From the IMG/VR virus record IMGVR_UViG_3300013426_000025, positions 41,702-105,701 of that record: a stretch of 64,000 bases of DNA, one strand, 5' to 3'. Position 1 is the first letter of the stretch, and the number at the start of each line of letters is the position of its first letter. The stretch is from a virus. Lineage: Duplodnaviria > Caudoviricetes. Position numbers and translations under genes: made by a program. This document shows, piece by piece, positions 47,895 to 57,317 of this stretch. Under the pieces are notes generated by a model. It saw only the letters and a list, made by a program, of their open reading frames with translations. It was not told the origin of the DNA and did no database searches.

Positions 47895-48152
47895 ATGAAA
47901 GAAAAGAAAAAGATTTACAAATTGTATTCTCAATCTCATAGTATTGGGAATCTGTCAATGGAAAAAGAGGCTTATTATTCTAATAAAGAAACTGCAATAC
48001 AAGAATATAAGGCTCTTAAGAAAGCAATTCTTGATGAGTTTGATAAAGAACATCCAACTATTATTGAAAAGAATAATAATTTCAAACTCTTTAATGGTGC
48101 TATTAATAGTTGGATAGAAATAGATTTAAGTGAAATTGAATTATCAAATTAA
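47895..48152 (+). CDS. Hypothetical protein
   Basis: Start moved to MKEKKK because the longer start overlaps tRNA-Leu. Confidence 0.6.
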   Translation: MKEKKKIYKLYSQSHSIGNLSMEKEAYYSNKETAIQEYKALKKAILDEFDKEHPTIIEKNNNFKLFNGAINSWIEIDLSEIELSN

Positions 48153-48159
48153 TTATTTT

Positions 48160-49062
48160 ATGGGAGTAGAAATAAATAAAAAAGAATTAATAAAATTACC
48201 ATTTGTTAATTGTTTTTGTAACTATTTTGTTGATGAAAGCAATGTTTATGATGCAAATGGTCGTGTATTAGTCAAAACAATTAGAAAAGAGAATAATAGG
48301 AATAGACTTTATATTAATCTCAAAAAGGCTAACGGTGAATATAAACAAATTAAATTGAAATCCTTAATTGTTTTAGGACATCTTTTTTCTAAATACAATA
48401 AAATAGATTTGGATTTTTACAGTAACAAACTTTTTGAAGGGGAACGTAGTGGTAGATTTGAAATATATCATAAAGATTCTGACCCAACAAATTGTGCATT
48501 TTCTAATCTTAGAATAATAGATAAAGTAAAGAACATTACTGTAACTCAAGATACACAATATGATATTGGTATTTTACATAATTTTGAGTACAAGAAACGT
48601 AAAGAAAGGAAGAAAAAGATAGAAGAAGAGGAACAAATTACACCAATGGTTGAAGATAATAAACTAGAGAGTGTTGATGTAAACAAACCTTGTAAAGAAG
48701 AAGAACATGACAAACTGTTGCCTCTGTATTATATCAATGCCAATCATGAGATTAAGCAAGTCAGTACAAAAGAAATCACTGATGCTTTTCCATTTATCTT
48801 TGCAGATGAACAAGACGCTAAAATGTTTACATCAATGATTGTTCTTAGGTTACTTTATAAGAATTGGAAAGAAGGAAAAGATTTAATTGGGGGAAATATT
48901 CAATATAACCCAAAATATAAGCGTAATCATTGGATTATAGGGTCAGCAACAAATAGTCCTCTTAGTAATCTATTTGCAGGCACATTAGCCTTTTCTGATA
49001 AAGAATCTTGTAAGAAATTCATTCAAGAAAATAAAGAATGGTTAAACGGACTACTTGGATAA
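48160..49062 (+). CDS. HNH-endonuclease-like N-terminal domain fused to a phage accessory domain
   Basis: IYHKDSDPTNCAFSNLRII; C-terminal LAFSDKESCKKF resembles the protein at 51344-51778. Confidence 0.55.
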   Translation: MGVEINKKELIKLPFVNCFCNYFVDESNVYDANGRVLVKTIRKENNRNRLYINLKKANGEYKQIKLKSLIVLGHLFSKYNKIDLDFYSNKLFEGERSGRFEIYHKDSDPTNCAFSNLRIIDKVKNITVTQDTQYDIGILHNFEYKKRKERKKKIEEEEQITPMVEDNKLESVDVNKPCKEEEHDKLLPLYYINANHEIKQVSTKEITDAFPFIFADEQDAKMFTSMIVLRLLYKNWKEGKDLIGGNIQYNPKYKRNHWIIGSATNSPLSNLFAGTLAFSDKESCKKFIQENKEWLNGLLG

Positions 49063-49107
49063 AATATAAAGTTAATTCAATTCAATTCATAAATCAAATA
49101 AACATTA

Positions 49108-49893
49108 ATGAAAACTATTAATGTAGCATTAAATCGTATACCTCTCATAGCAGATTTTGCATATTATGCAGATATAGAGGGCAATGTATACAGAGCATTA
49201 AGGATGGATGAAAAAGTTAATGAGGAAACTGTTTATATTATAAAAAACAGCTTGTATCAAAAATTAACTACAAGAACGGATAAAGAACATCCTACACCAA
49301 GTGTAATCCTTAAATGTAATAATAAGAGTATTCGTATATTAGTACCTACACTAATAATACTAGCATGGAGATTTGCTGAGCAAAATCCCATACTCTTGGA
49401 AAACTTCGATTACCAAAATTTTGGTAAAAAGGGTACTTTTGTAATTAAACAGAAGAATCCTAAAAGAAAAGATGATACAAGTGTATCAAATTTGATGTTA
49501 ATTAATACCAAATTTGCAGATAAGTGTCATAATGGAGAAATAATAAGAATGTTGCCTAAGGGCATTTATCTTAAAGAATATATGCGTAATACCCCTTCTA
49601 TTCCTATTATAGAAGAGGAAGAGGAAGAGCCTGAGGTTAGACGAGTTGTGTTAAAAAAAGACAAAGAATTTAAGTCTGACTCTTGGACAACAGAAGATAA
49701 CAGGTTTATACAATTAAAAGGGGAACGTGATGAAACTGTTTATATCAATGTAAATACGATAGCTTTTGTTGAAGAGAGCACCAGAACTCCTAATTTGACT
49801 CTTATTTATGTTTTAGGCTCGTTTAAAAATTGTATTACTGTAAAAGGTAAAATCGAAAATATAATCGATAAAATTAAATATAGTAAGATTTAA
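49108..49893 (+). CDS. Degenerate NUMOD4/HNH-like protein with C-terminal FlbD-like domain
   Basis: YYADIEGNVY and DDTSVSNLMLI; C-terminal FIQL..VYINVNTIAFVEE..ITVKGKIENIIDKI. Confidence 0.45.
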   Translation: MKTINVALNRIPLIADFAYYADIEGNVYRALRMDEKVNEETVYIIKNSLYQKLTTRTDKEHPTPSVILKCNNKSIRILVPTLIILAWRFAEQNPILLENFDYQNFGKKGTFVIKQKNPKRKDDTSVSNLMLINTKFADKCHNGEIIRMLPKGIYLKEYMRNTPSIPIIEEEEEEPEVRRVVLKKDKEFKSDSWTTEDNRFIQLKGERDETVYINVNTIAFVEESTRTPNLTLIYVLGSFKNCITVKGKIENIIDKIKYSKI

Positions 49894-49900
49894 TTAATAA

Positions 49901-50012
49901 GAACCCAACACCCTAAACAACAAAAGTTGAGTATAGCCTTCTGGGGGATGACTGCTTTTTTAGCCTTTTGTTGTGCTGTAGGTCATTGTTAGTGTTGGGT
50001 TCTATTTTTTTC
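49901..50012 (+). terminator. Long hairpin with U-tract
   Basis: agaacccaacac...gtgttgggttct followed by atttttttc. Confidence 0.5.
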
Positions 50013-50020
50013 TTTTTTAT

Positions 50021-50207
50021 TATGAAATTATTTAAAATTCAAGAAAAAGATAGTCATAGAGATTATTATATTAATCCTGATAAGATAGTATTGATTACTA
50101 CTTCTTATATGAATAATACAGCAACAAGAGTGATATTGGATAAATATTGTTCTGTTATTGTTGATGAACCTATAGATTCATTTATCAATAGAGTAAATAA
50201 ATTGTAA
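50021..50207 (+). CDS. Small FlbD-like protein
   Basis: Likely start MKLFKIQ (about 50022); YYINPDKIVLI..TRVIL..VIVDEPIDSFINRV. Confidence 0.5.
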
Positions 50208-50217
50208 GATTGTAAGA

Positions 50218-50598
50218 ATGAAAGAAGTAACTTATGAAGTTTTCCAACAAGAGCTGGAGAAATTCAGAAATCATTCAGATTTTATTTTTGACTTAAAAAT
50301 CTGGGTTAATAAGCATTTAAAACCTATCTGGTTAAACTCTATAGGTCATTGGCTTATAGAGCATATTTTTCCTAGAACTTGGTGGGATATGTATTCTTTC
50401 CCGTACTATTACGAAGCTAATAAAGATAATTATCCTTATACTAAAGAACTATCTATGATTGGTAAAAAGATTACTGATGGCTGTAAAGAAGGAGTAGTTC
50501 AAAGGATTATAGTATTCTTAGACGACTCTTATTATGAAGTAATGGATGATGGTTGGACTTCTCTTCTATTGTGTAATTCACAAATAGAAGTATTATGA
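50218..50598 (+). CDS. Hypothetical protein
   Basis: 126 aa in a tightly packed early operon. Confidence 0.6.
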   Translation: MKEVTYEVFQQELEKFRNHSDFIFDLKIWVNKHLKPIWLNSIGHWLIEHIFPRTWWDMYSFPYYYEANKDNYPYTKELSMIGKKITDGCKEGVVQRIIVFLDDSYYEVMDDGWTSLLLCNSQIEVL

Positions 50599-50669
50599 GT
50601 AATTACGAAGGAAAACTAGATTTAATTATAAGTTTTGGAATCATTATTTTAATTTATTTATAAAAATTT

Positions 50670-50942
50670 ATGAAAAGTAAGTTTTTTATTACTCCTATTA
50701 TTTCAAACATACTAGAAAAGAAAGGATGTCCTTTTCCTCATACCTATTGTGTAATTATAGATTGGCTAGATTCAAAAGGCTACGTAATAACTATAGAAGT
50801 TGCTTATTATGATATAAATAATTATTCTTTTAGAAGTAACTTATATTATAAAGCTGAAAAGATATATACTTCTAAATGGATGCAATCTAGAGAAAAAGCA
50901 TTAGATGCTAGTATTCTTAAAACGTTGGAAGATTATTTATGA
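50670..50942 (+). CDS. Hypothetical protein (paralog of 53973-54341)
   Basis: IIDWLDSKG..SREKALDASI. Confidence 0.6.
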   Translation: MKSKFFITPIISNILEKKGCPFPHTYCVIIDWLDSKGYVITIEVAYYDINNYSFRSNLYYKAEKIYTSKWMQSREKALDASILKTLEDYL

Positions 50943-51337
50943 CAAAAGAAGAACAAGAAAGAATTGATTGCCAAATATCGGTAATGCAAGCATACAGAGA
51001 TGGTGCTGAAATTGAATTTATTGATAAACATGTGAGTGATGATACTTGGGAGATTTGTGATAATCCTGGTTGGGATTGGACAAAATATGATTATCGAGTA
51101 AAACCGTCCCCAAAATATCGCCCTTATAACAATACAACAGAATTTTTAATTACGCAGAAAGAACATGGGCCATACCTTTGTATGAATAAAGAGAAACATA
51201 CTTTTATTATACCAACAAGTGTTGTTATTGGGGGAGTTGAATTTACTCAGTTAGGGGAAAGTATTACTTATGGTTGGGAGTTACTTTTTGAAAACTTCAC
51301 ATGGCAAGATGGAATACCTTGTGGAATAAAAGAATAA
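50939..51337 (+). CDS. Hypothetical phage protein
   Basis: VMQAYRDGAEIE..WDW..YDYRVKP..YRPY..DGIPCGIKE. Confidence 0.65.
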   Translation: MTKEEQERIDCQISVMQAYRDGAEIEFIDKHVSDDTWEICDNPGWDWTKYDYRVKPSPKYRPYNNTTEFLITQKEHGPYLCMNKEKHTFIIPTSVVIGGVEFTQLGESITYGWELLFENFTWQDGIPCGIKE

Positions 51338-51343
51338 ATTAAT

Positions 51344-51778
51344 ATGGAAACAATAAAAATAAATGGTGAAGAGTATTTGCTTGATATAGAGCAAGCAAAA
51401 TCTCAAGGTCTACTTAAAGAAAAAAATAATAAGCCAAGAAGTTGGGGTGAGTATCTCAATACTCAACCGTGTGGTGTTAATTCTACAAATGATGTATATC
51501 ATATTGGAGAATATGATTCTTTCAATTCTTTAGAAGAAGCCAAAGCCTTTTGTGTATTAGGTAAGTTAATCCAACTCCGAGACTCTTGGTGGGGTGATTG
51601 GAGACCTAATTGGGAAGATAATGAATATAAATACAGTATTGTATCGTTGTGTAACAAGATTGATACTACATATAGTAGCAATCTGCTGTATATTCTCGCT
51701 TTTCCAACAGCAGAAATGCGAGATGATTTTTCTGATACTTTCCGAGATTTAATCGAACAAGCCAAAATGTTTTTGTAA
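51344..51778 (+). CDS. Hypothetical phage protein
   Basis: LGKLIQLRD.W..DWRPNW..LAFPTAEMRDDF. Confidence 0.65.
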   Translation: METIKINGEEYLLDIEQAKSQGLLKEKNNKPRSWGEYLNTQPCGVNSTNDVYHIGEYDSFNSLEEAKAFCVLGKLIQLRDSWWGDWRPNWEDNEYKYSIVSLCNKIDTTYSSNLLYILAFPTAEMRDDFSDTFRDLIEQAKMFL

Positions 51779-51981
51779 TGACTTATCAAGAATATTCAAC
51801 TCTTAAATTAGGAGATTATGTCAAAGACAAAAGAACTGGTGAAGTAGGTCAAATTAGAGTATTTTCTAGAGATGAAATCTATGTTGCTTTTACAAAAGAT
51901 TGTCTAACTTCTTATTGTCTGGATGATTATAATAACCTTAAAGAATTTAAAGAAGAAATTAAATATTTAGAAAAAGTATGA
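51778..51981 (+). CDS. Hypothetical protein (SH3-like start)
   Basis: LKLGDYVKDKRTGEVGQI. Confidence 0.55.
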   Translation: MTYQEYSTLKLGDYVKDKRTGEVGQIRVFSRDEIYVAFTKDCLTSYCLDDYNNLKEFKEEIKYLEKV

Positions 51982-52298
51982 ATATTGTATTGGTAATTTT
52001 ACTAATTCTTTGCTGGTTGTGTAGTTTTATGTTATTAGTATGCACAGTCTTATCTAATAGATATTTATGGGCTGCTAAACTAATGTATAAACTATTATTT
52101 CCACAAGATTATAAGGACTATAAAGAAGCACTTTCTTTACCAAATATTCCTATTTGTAATAAAGATAGTGAAAAACCAAATGGTTATTATATCTATTGGT
52201 TTGACGATAGACATCAGGCATTATTTTATGATACTGAGTGTGTATTAAGTGACAATCCTTTGTTAGACAATCTTATTAAGAAACATGGCAGGAATTGA
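51978..52298 (+). CDS. Hypothetical protein with N-terminal TM
   Basis: 106 aa. Confidence 0.55.
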   Translation: MNIVLVILLILCWLCSFMLLVCTVLSNRYLWAAKLMYKLLFPQDYKDYKEALSLPNIPICNKDSEKPNGYYIYWFDDRHQALFYDTECVLSDNPLLDNLIKKHGRN

Positions 52299-52959
52299 TA
52301 AAACATATATTTCTTCTAAGGAACAATATTATGAAGTAAAGGAGTGGGCTAAAGGCAAACTCCTTACTTCATTTTATGAATTTGTAGACCCTTATTATCC
52401 TAAATGGGGGCAAAAACTTACTAAATTTTATTTATCTGATTGGATTAGAAAATATTCAGAAGAAGAGATGGATGAAGTATTTAGTAAGGGTGGAGAATTA
52501 GTACTTTGGAATACTCCTGAATTTGTAGATGCTTATTTAATACAGCATTGTGAGTTACCATTTATTATAGAAAGATTGAAAGAGCAATATCCTAAGTCTT
52601 TTGCTAAAATCAAAAAGCAAGGTCTTGCATATAATGATACCTTTATACATACTTATAATCCTCATATTAAATTAAAGGGGAAATTCAAAAAGAAAGGAGT
52701 ATTATTTACTTCAATCTATATAACAGTTGATGAAGAATATCTTTGGTATCTTAGTAATATAGATAAATGGGTGGCAAGGAATTATCCTTGGAGTATGTTA
52801 TTTGATAATATGCCTTGTTATTGGGTTAGAGGTTCAATTCCTAAGAAAACTCTAATGAGATGGTTAAGAAAATGGCAATTACCTAAGGGTGCTGAGGTAT
52901 GTATTCAAAGTGAATGGAAGGGTCATATATTTAAAAATAAAATAGTAAAAATAAAATGA
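52285..52959 (+). CDS. Hypothetical protein
   Basis: 224 aa, MAGIDKTY..LWNTP..D.YLIQHC.LPFI..RLKEQY. Confidence 0.65.
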   Translation: MAGIDKTYISSKEQYYEVKEWAKGKLLTSFYEFVDPYYPKWGQKLTKFYLSDWIRKYSEEEMDEVFSKGGELVLWNTPEFVDAYLIQHCELPFIIERLKEQYPKSFAKIKKQGLAYNDTFIHTYNPHIKLKGKFKKKGVLFTSIYITVDEEYLWYLSNIDKWVARNYPWSMLFDNMPCYWVRGSIPKKTLMRWLRKWQLPKGAEVCIQSEWKGHIFKNKIVKIK

Positions 52960-53294
52960 AATTGTGGATTATAATACTTGTTCTTGTAATAATTTTTTTA
53001 ATTCCATTGTGTGTTGTTTTATTTATTGAAACAAGATTATACAAAAGTCTTTATAATACTCTTATTGGAAAAATTAATACTATTGTTAAGTATATAAGTG
53101 TAAGTACAATAAATTATGAAAAATTAGACAAAATAGGTTATACTGATTTGCTTGAGTGTGTCTTGGAAGATGAAATAGTATTAAAAGATAAAAACGAGGA
53201 AATAAAAAGATTAAAAAAGATGATTGAATTTATAAATGCTCCAGGAACTGTACTTCTAAATAAAATAGAAAAAAATAGTGAAATAAAATTATGA
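52956..53294 (+). CDS. Hypothetical protein with N-terminal TM
   Basis: 112 aa, ATGA-coupled. Confidence 0.55.
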   Translation: MKLWIIILVLVIIFLIPLCVVLFIETRLYKSLYNTLIGKINTIVKYISVSTINYEKLDKIGYTDLLECVLEDEIVLKDKNEEIKRLKKMIEFINAPGTVLLNKIEKNSEIKL

Positions 53295-53626
53295 TTTATG
53301 ATGAAATAATAGAGTTATCTCAAAATAAAAGTATTAATGAAATTAGTGATATTGCTTTACTGTTAGAACAATCTATTCTACATTATTTTTCAAGACTTCT
53401 CATAGACACATCTATAGAAAAGCCTATAAAATGTAATATACGATTAGAGTATTTCTTAGATGGTAATGATATTAATTGTACAATTACATCAATATATCAA
53501 GAACCATCTGAAGGATTAGTTTGTCTATATATAAAAGAAATAGAAGATTGGGCTAACCTTGATGATTTCTCTTATGATATGCAATTGAATATATTAAAGA
53601 AATTATGTTACGAGATTAAATTATGA
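53291..53626 (+). CDS. Hypothetical protein
   Basis: 111 aa, ATGA-coupled. Confidence 0.55.
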   Translation: MIYDEIIELSQNKSINEISDIALLLEQSILHYFSRLLIDTSIEKPIKCNIRLEYFLDGNDINCTITSIYQEPSEGLVCLYIKEIEDWANLDDFSYDMQLNILKKLCYEIKL

Positions 53627-53976
53627 TAAGTGAAATTTATTTTATAGATGATGATGTAATGTTAGGTCAATACTTTCCTCCAGTTCCTTCTTATAATTTG
53701 GTAGTATTGTACGGCAATTATTCTAAAAAGTTGAATCTACTTTATGATTTATTTAAAAGTGACGCTAAGCATTCTTTAATAGTAAATCATCCTATAGACA
53801 TAGATATGGCAAGAAATTATGGTAAATTATCTTGGAATCACATCTATGGGTATGATTGGGGTAAACAAAAGTTTGTATTATTTAAAGATGTTAAATCTTG
53901 TTTTAGGCTTACTCCTAATACTAAAATATGGGATAGAATTACTAAATTTGGAGATTATAATTGTTTTTTAAGATGA
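53623..53976 (+). CDS. Hypothetical protein
   Basis: 117 aa, ATGA-coupled. Confidence 0.55.
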   Translation: MISEIYFIDDDVMLGQYFPPVPSYNLVVLYGNYSKKLNLLYDLFKSDAKHSLIVNHPIDIDMARNYGKLSWNHIYGYDWGKQKFVLFKDVKSCFRLTPNTKIWDRITKFGDYNCFLR

Positions 53977-54341
53977 AAGAGAATATGTATATCCCTCATA
54001 AATTAGCAGTTAAATTATCAAGATATTGGGATAAAGACCACCCTGATGATGCAGATGAAAATGCTGTGTGGGGTACTATTACAGCACTTACTTATAGTGA
54101 GGTTATAAATTGGTTAGAATCTAAGAATATTTACTTAGAGATATGTCCTACAGCAATACCTCAAGATGCATTTAATGAAGAATCTTCATTATGGAAAGTT
54201 GGATATTATATATGTGTTTATGAGAATATAATGGCTGTACGATTCTATGATTATGCTTATAGTACTCCGTATTTATCCAGTAGGAAAGAAGCATTAGATT
54301 GTGCTATAGAATATGTAATAGATAATATATTAATGAAATAG
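53973..54341 (+). CDS. Hypothetical protein (paralog of 50670-50942)
   Basis: Start MKENMY; VINWLESKN..SRKEALDCAI. Confidence 0.6.
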   Translation: MKENMYIPHKLAVKLSRYWDKDHPDDADENAVWGTITALTYSEVINWLESKNIYLEICPTAIPQDAFNEESSLWKVGYYICVYENIMAVRFYDYAYSTPYLSSRKEALDCAIEYVIDNILMK

Positions 54342-54365
54342 TAGAAGTAGAGGAGAAAAAGAAAA

Positions 54366-55274
54366 ATGAATAATATTAAAATCGGAGATTTGATTTATAT
54401 TAGGCCTTTCTGTAATAAAGTAGATACAGGCATTAACTATGATGTACCAGTAATGGTAATTAGTAGAAGAGGAATAGTGAATGATAAACTAACAAAAAGT
54501 AAATATGTATACAGTATTGTTGGTTTCAATAGGGATAATTCGTCTAAATTATCATTTGGTTTCTGTATAGATGAAGAATATGTAAAGCATTATTCACTTG
54601 ATGGATTAACAAAGGTTTATAAAACTAAATACCAAAAAGCCTGGTTTAGTGCTCCTTATCTGATTGGTGATTGTGTCTTGTTCGAAGTAAGCGATGCTAA
54701 ATACAATGTTCAAGATGTTACTATAGGTTTTATTCTTCAAGGAGAAGAGGATTCATACATTATAGAATATGTAGATGACAATAATGAATATAGAAAATTT
54801 CTGATTCCAAAGACAGCAGTTATATGTAGAAACTGGGATTACGACTCTATTATAACAAATGATAAATTAATCAGTTCCTGTAAAAATCAAAAAATAAAAG
54901 AACAAGAAAAATTAAAGAATAAAAATTACTTGGAAACAGAATTTTTCTCATCTTTATATAGATTCAATTATGGTCCTGTAGATGCAGATTACTATATGGA
55001 TAACCCTGTTTTAGGATATGCTGAGTTTTATAATAAATGGAAAGAATATCCTTCATTGTGTATAGCAGATGTATATGATGCTACAAATAATGGTCTTATA
55101 GAAAAAGATGCTATCATTATTATTGATGATGATAAAGAGAATAGAACTAATAATGCTTCACAAGTAAAGGATGAAGATATTATCTATACTTGTGAAGATG
55201 AAATTAGTCTGTTTAATCTTTGTAAGAGACATAATGGGGAAGATTTCTTTATTAAGATAACTCGGTATGAATAA
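54366..55274 (+). CDS. Hypothetical protein
   Basis: 302 aa, with IKIGDL and YLIGDCV SH3-like starts. Confidence 0.6.
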   Translation: MNNIKIGDLIYIRPFCNKVDTGINYDVPVMVISRRGIVNDKLTKSKYVYSIVGFNRDNSSKLSFGFCIDEEYVKHYSLDGLTKVYKTKYQKAWFSAPYLIGDCVLFEVSDAKYNVQDVTIGFILQGEEDSYIIEYVDDNNEYRKFLIPKTAVICRNWDYDSIITNDKLISSCKNQKIKEQEKLKNKNYLETEFFSSLYRFNYGPVDADYYMDNPVLGYAEFYNKWKEYPSLCIADVYDATNNGLIEKDAIIIIDDDKENRTNNASQVKDEDIIYTCEDEISLFNLCKRHNGEDFFIKITRYE

Positions 55275-55584
55275 TAAACAAATAAAGACTATTATTGTAG
55301 TATTGATTACTATAATAGTAGTCTTTATTTCTCTTATTAGTATCTGGTGTGGTGTTTCAGCATGTAATTTTGTTTATGGCTTTAAGATATTTATAAAATT
55401 TTTTGCTGTAATAATATTTACAATTGCTGCTATTCAAGCATTATTGATTCCTATTTACATTTATAAATTAGGTGAAGAGATTGATGATGTAAAAGATAAA
55501 ATAGATTGTGTTATTGTAATGTTACATAATTTAAAATTACAAAATGAAAAGAATTATGGGTCTTTTGTTAATACTGCTAATTAG
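55267..55584 (+). CDS. Two-TM membrane protein
   Basis: 105 aa. Confidence 0.55.
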   Translation: MNNKQIKTIIVVLITIIVVFISLISIWCGVSACNFVYGFKIFIKFFAVIIFTIAAIQALLIPIYIYKLGEEIDDVKDKIDCVIVMLHNLKLQNEKNYGSFVNTAN

Positions 55585-55933
55585 TATTAATGGATATTGT
55601 GATTGTTTTAAAGCCAAGGCATTTACATATAAAGACCAAGACAAAAATTGGCAAGAATGGAAAAAATGTAATATACCGTTTTGTATTGAAAATGGTACAA
55701 TAACTATGTATTATGATTCAAGTACAAGACATTATACTGTATATGATGCTAATGTACTACCCAGAACAGATAAAGGTGAGTTAACTACATATTTGTATTA
55801 TTGTGTAGATTCAGAGGGAATTAAATGCACTGTAAAATTAAGATTCTACAATGACCCTGATGATGGTTCTTGGCAAGCACAGATGTATATTATATATAAC
55901 AATCTTATAATATTATATGATATAACTCCCTAA
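55544..55933 (+). CDS. Secreted/periplasmic protein
   Basis: Signal-peptide-like MKRIMGLLLILLISINGYC followed by a beta-rich domain. Confidence 0.6.
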   Translation: MKRIMGLLLILLISINGYCDCFKAKAFTYKDQDKNWQEWKKCNIPFCIENGTITMYYDSSTRHYTVYDANVLPRTDKGELTTYLYYCVDSEGIKCTVKLRFYNDPDDGSWQAQMYIIYNNLIILYDITP

Positions 55934-55934
55934 T

Positions 55935-56120
55935 ATGAAAAAGTATGCTGTAAAGATGTATTTTGAGTCTTTTGTTTACCTTGAAATAGATGCAGAGAAT
56001 GAACAAGACGCTCATAATAAGGCTAGTGATGAGATAGATACTTGGTCTGATAAGAAATTTAGTGAAGAAATTTTAGATAATATCAGTTGTTGTAATGATA
56101 CAAAGGTGTATGAAATATAA
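55935..56120 (+). CDS. Small acidic protein (DpnD/PcfM-like), tandem copy 1
   Basis: KYAVKMY..LEIDAENEQDAHNKA. Confidence 0.55.
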   Translation: MKKYAVKMYFESFVYLEIDAENEQDAHNKASDEIDTWSDKKFSEEILDNISCCNDTKVYEI

Positions 56121-56292
56121 TGTAAGAATCTATTATGATACTTTTATTGATATAGAAGTAGAGGCTAAAGATGAAGAAACAGCAAGAGAATTGGCTGAAA
56201 TGCAGGTAGATGTTATGGATTATAAAGACTTCACAGAAGCAATAAGAGATAATTTTGTAAATAAGGATGAATCTGATGTATTTGATATTTGA
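56110..56292 (+). CDS. Small acidic protein (DpnD/PcfM-like), tandem copy 2
   Basis: MKYNVRIY..IEVEAKDEETARELA. Confidence 0.55.
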   Translation: MKYNVRIYYDTFIDIEVEAKDEETARELAEMQVDVMDYKDFTEAIRDNFVNKDESDVFDI

Positions 56293-56297
56293 TTAAT

Positions 56298-56840
56298 ATG
56301 ACAACGAGTTTAATTTTAGTTTTGTGTGCAATTACTATATTTATTGTTTACAATAGTGTAGCGATTGCAAAGTTTGGTATTCCTAAATCGTTATCTGATA
56401 CCTTTTACTATTATCAAGGTATTAAGAAAGGTTTAGGTTATATTTTTACTGCTATGATGTTTTCTATGGCAGGATTGCTTATGCCAGGTTGGTTAACTAT
56501 CAGTGATAGTATGCCTGGTTGGGAACATAACTTTACTTTCCTTGCTTTCTTTGCAGCAGGTGCTATTGCATTTGTAGGTGCTGCTCCTGCTTTTAGAAAT
56601 GTGGGTATAGAAAGAAAAGTACACATGATTGCTGCTAAATCTGCTGCTGTATTTGCTATTGCTTGGTGTGCAGTAGTATGTTGGAGGATTATGTATATCA
56701 TTCCACTGAGTATTGGTATTATATGGCTTACTGCTTGGCTTACTAAAACTCATAAGACTTGTAGTGATTATTGGTGGGAAATGGCTGCTTTCCTTGCAAC
56801 ATTTACTACTATATTAGTACAATGCTTAATTCTATTATAA
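56298..56840 (+). CDS. Multi-pass membrane protein
   Basis: About six TMs; GIPKSLSDTFY, FVGAAPAF and WWEMAAF. Confidence 0.7.
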   Translation: MTTSLILVLCAITIFIVYNSVAIAKFGIPKSLSDTFYYYQGIKKGLGYIFTAMMFSMAGLLMPGWLTISDSMPGWEHNFTFLAFFAAGAIAFVGAAPAFRNVGIERKVHMIAAKSAAVFAIAWCAVVCWRIMYIIPLSIGIIWLTAWLTKTHKTCSDYWWEMAAFLATFTTILVQCLILL

Positions 56841-57004
56841 TGAGTACAAAATATATTTTGGTAGAATGGCCTAAATCACAGGATTTCTTAGATGGAGAGC
56901 ACGCTAAAGAATGTATTCCTGTTTATAATGATGACCCTCAGTATAAATTGGTACAATCTTCTTCTGTGATGGTTCCTTATGAATTATATTTACATACATT
57001 TTAG
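56840..57004 (+). CDS. Small hypothetical protein
   Basis: MSTKYILVEWPKSQDFL..SSVMVP, TAATG-coupled. Confidence 0.55.
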   Translation: MSTKYILVEWPKSQDFLDGEHAKECIPVYNDDPQYKLVQSSSVMVPYELYLHTF

Positions 57005-57007
57005 TAT

Positions 57008-57220
57008 ATGTTGAAAATAATATTTATTATTATTTATTTTATAATAGGTATAATAATAGGAATACATTTATCAGTAGATACTTATACAAAAAGAATAATG
57101 TGGTTATCAGGAATGATAGTCACATTATTCTGGTTGCCTATATTAATAGTATCAGCATTAATTTATTTCTATACAGTTGTAAAAAATGGACATAAAAGAA
57201 ATAAAATGCAGCAATTGTAA
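57008..57220 (+). CDS. Small two-TM membrane protein
   Basis: 70 aa, LFWLPILI. Confidence 0.55.
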   Translation: MLKIIFIIIYFIIGIIIGIHLSVDTYTKRIMWLSGMIVTLFWLPILIVSALIYFYTVVKNGHKRNKMQQL

Positions 57221-57317
57221 GTTTTATAATGATTTGATGTTACTTAATGAATGTGAACAATGTGCATTAAGAAGAAGTAAATTAAATGAAATAATTAAAT
57301 TTGAAAAGAATGGATGA
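57186..57317 (+). CDS. 43-aa zinc-finger microprotein
   Basis: MDIKEIKCSNCKFY..ECEQCALRR..; fills the gap between its neighbours; below the ORF-track cutoff. Confidence 0.45.
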   Translation: MDIKEIKCSNCKFYNDLMLLNECEQCALRRSKLNEIIKFEKNG

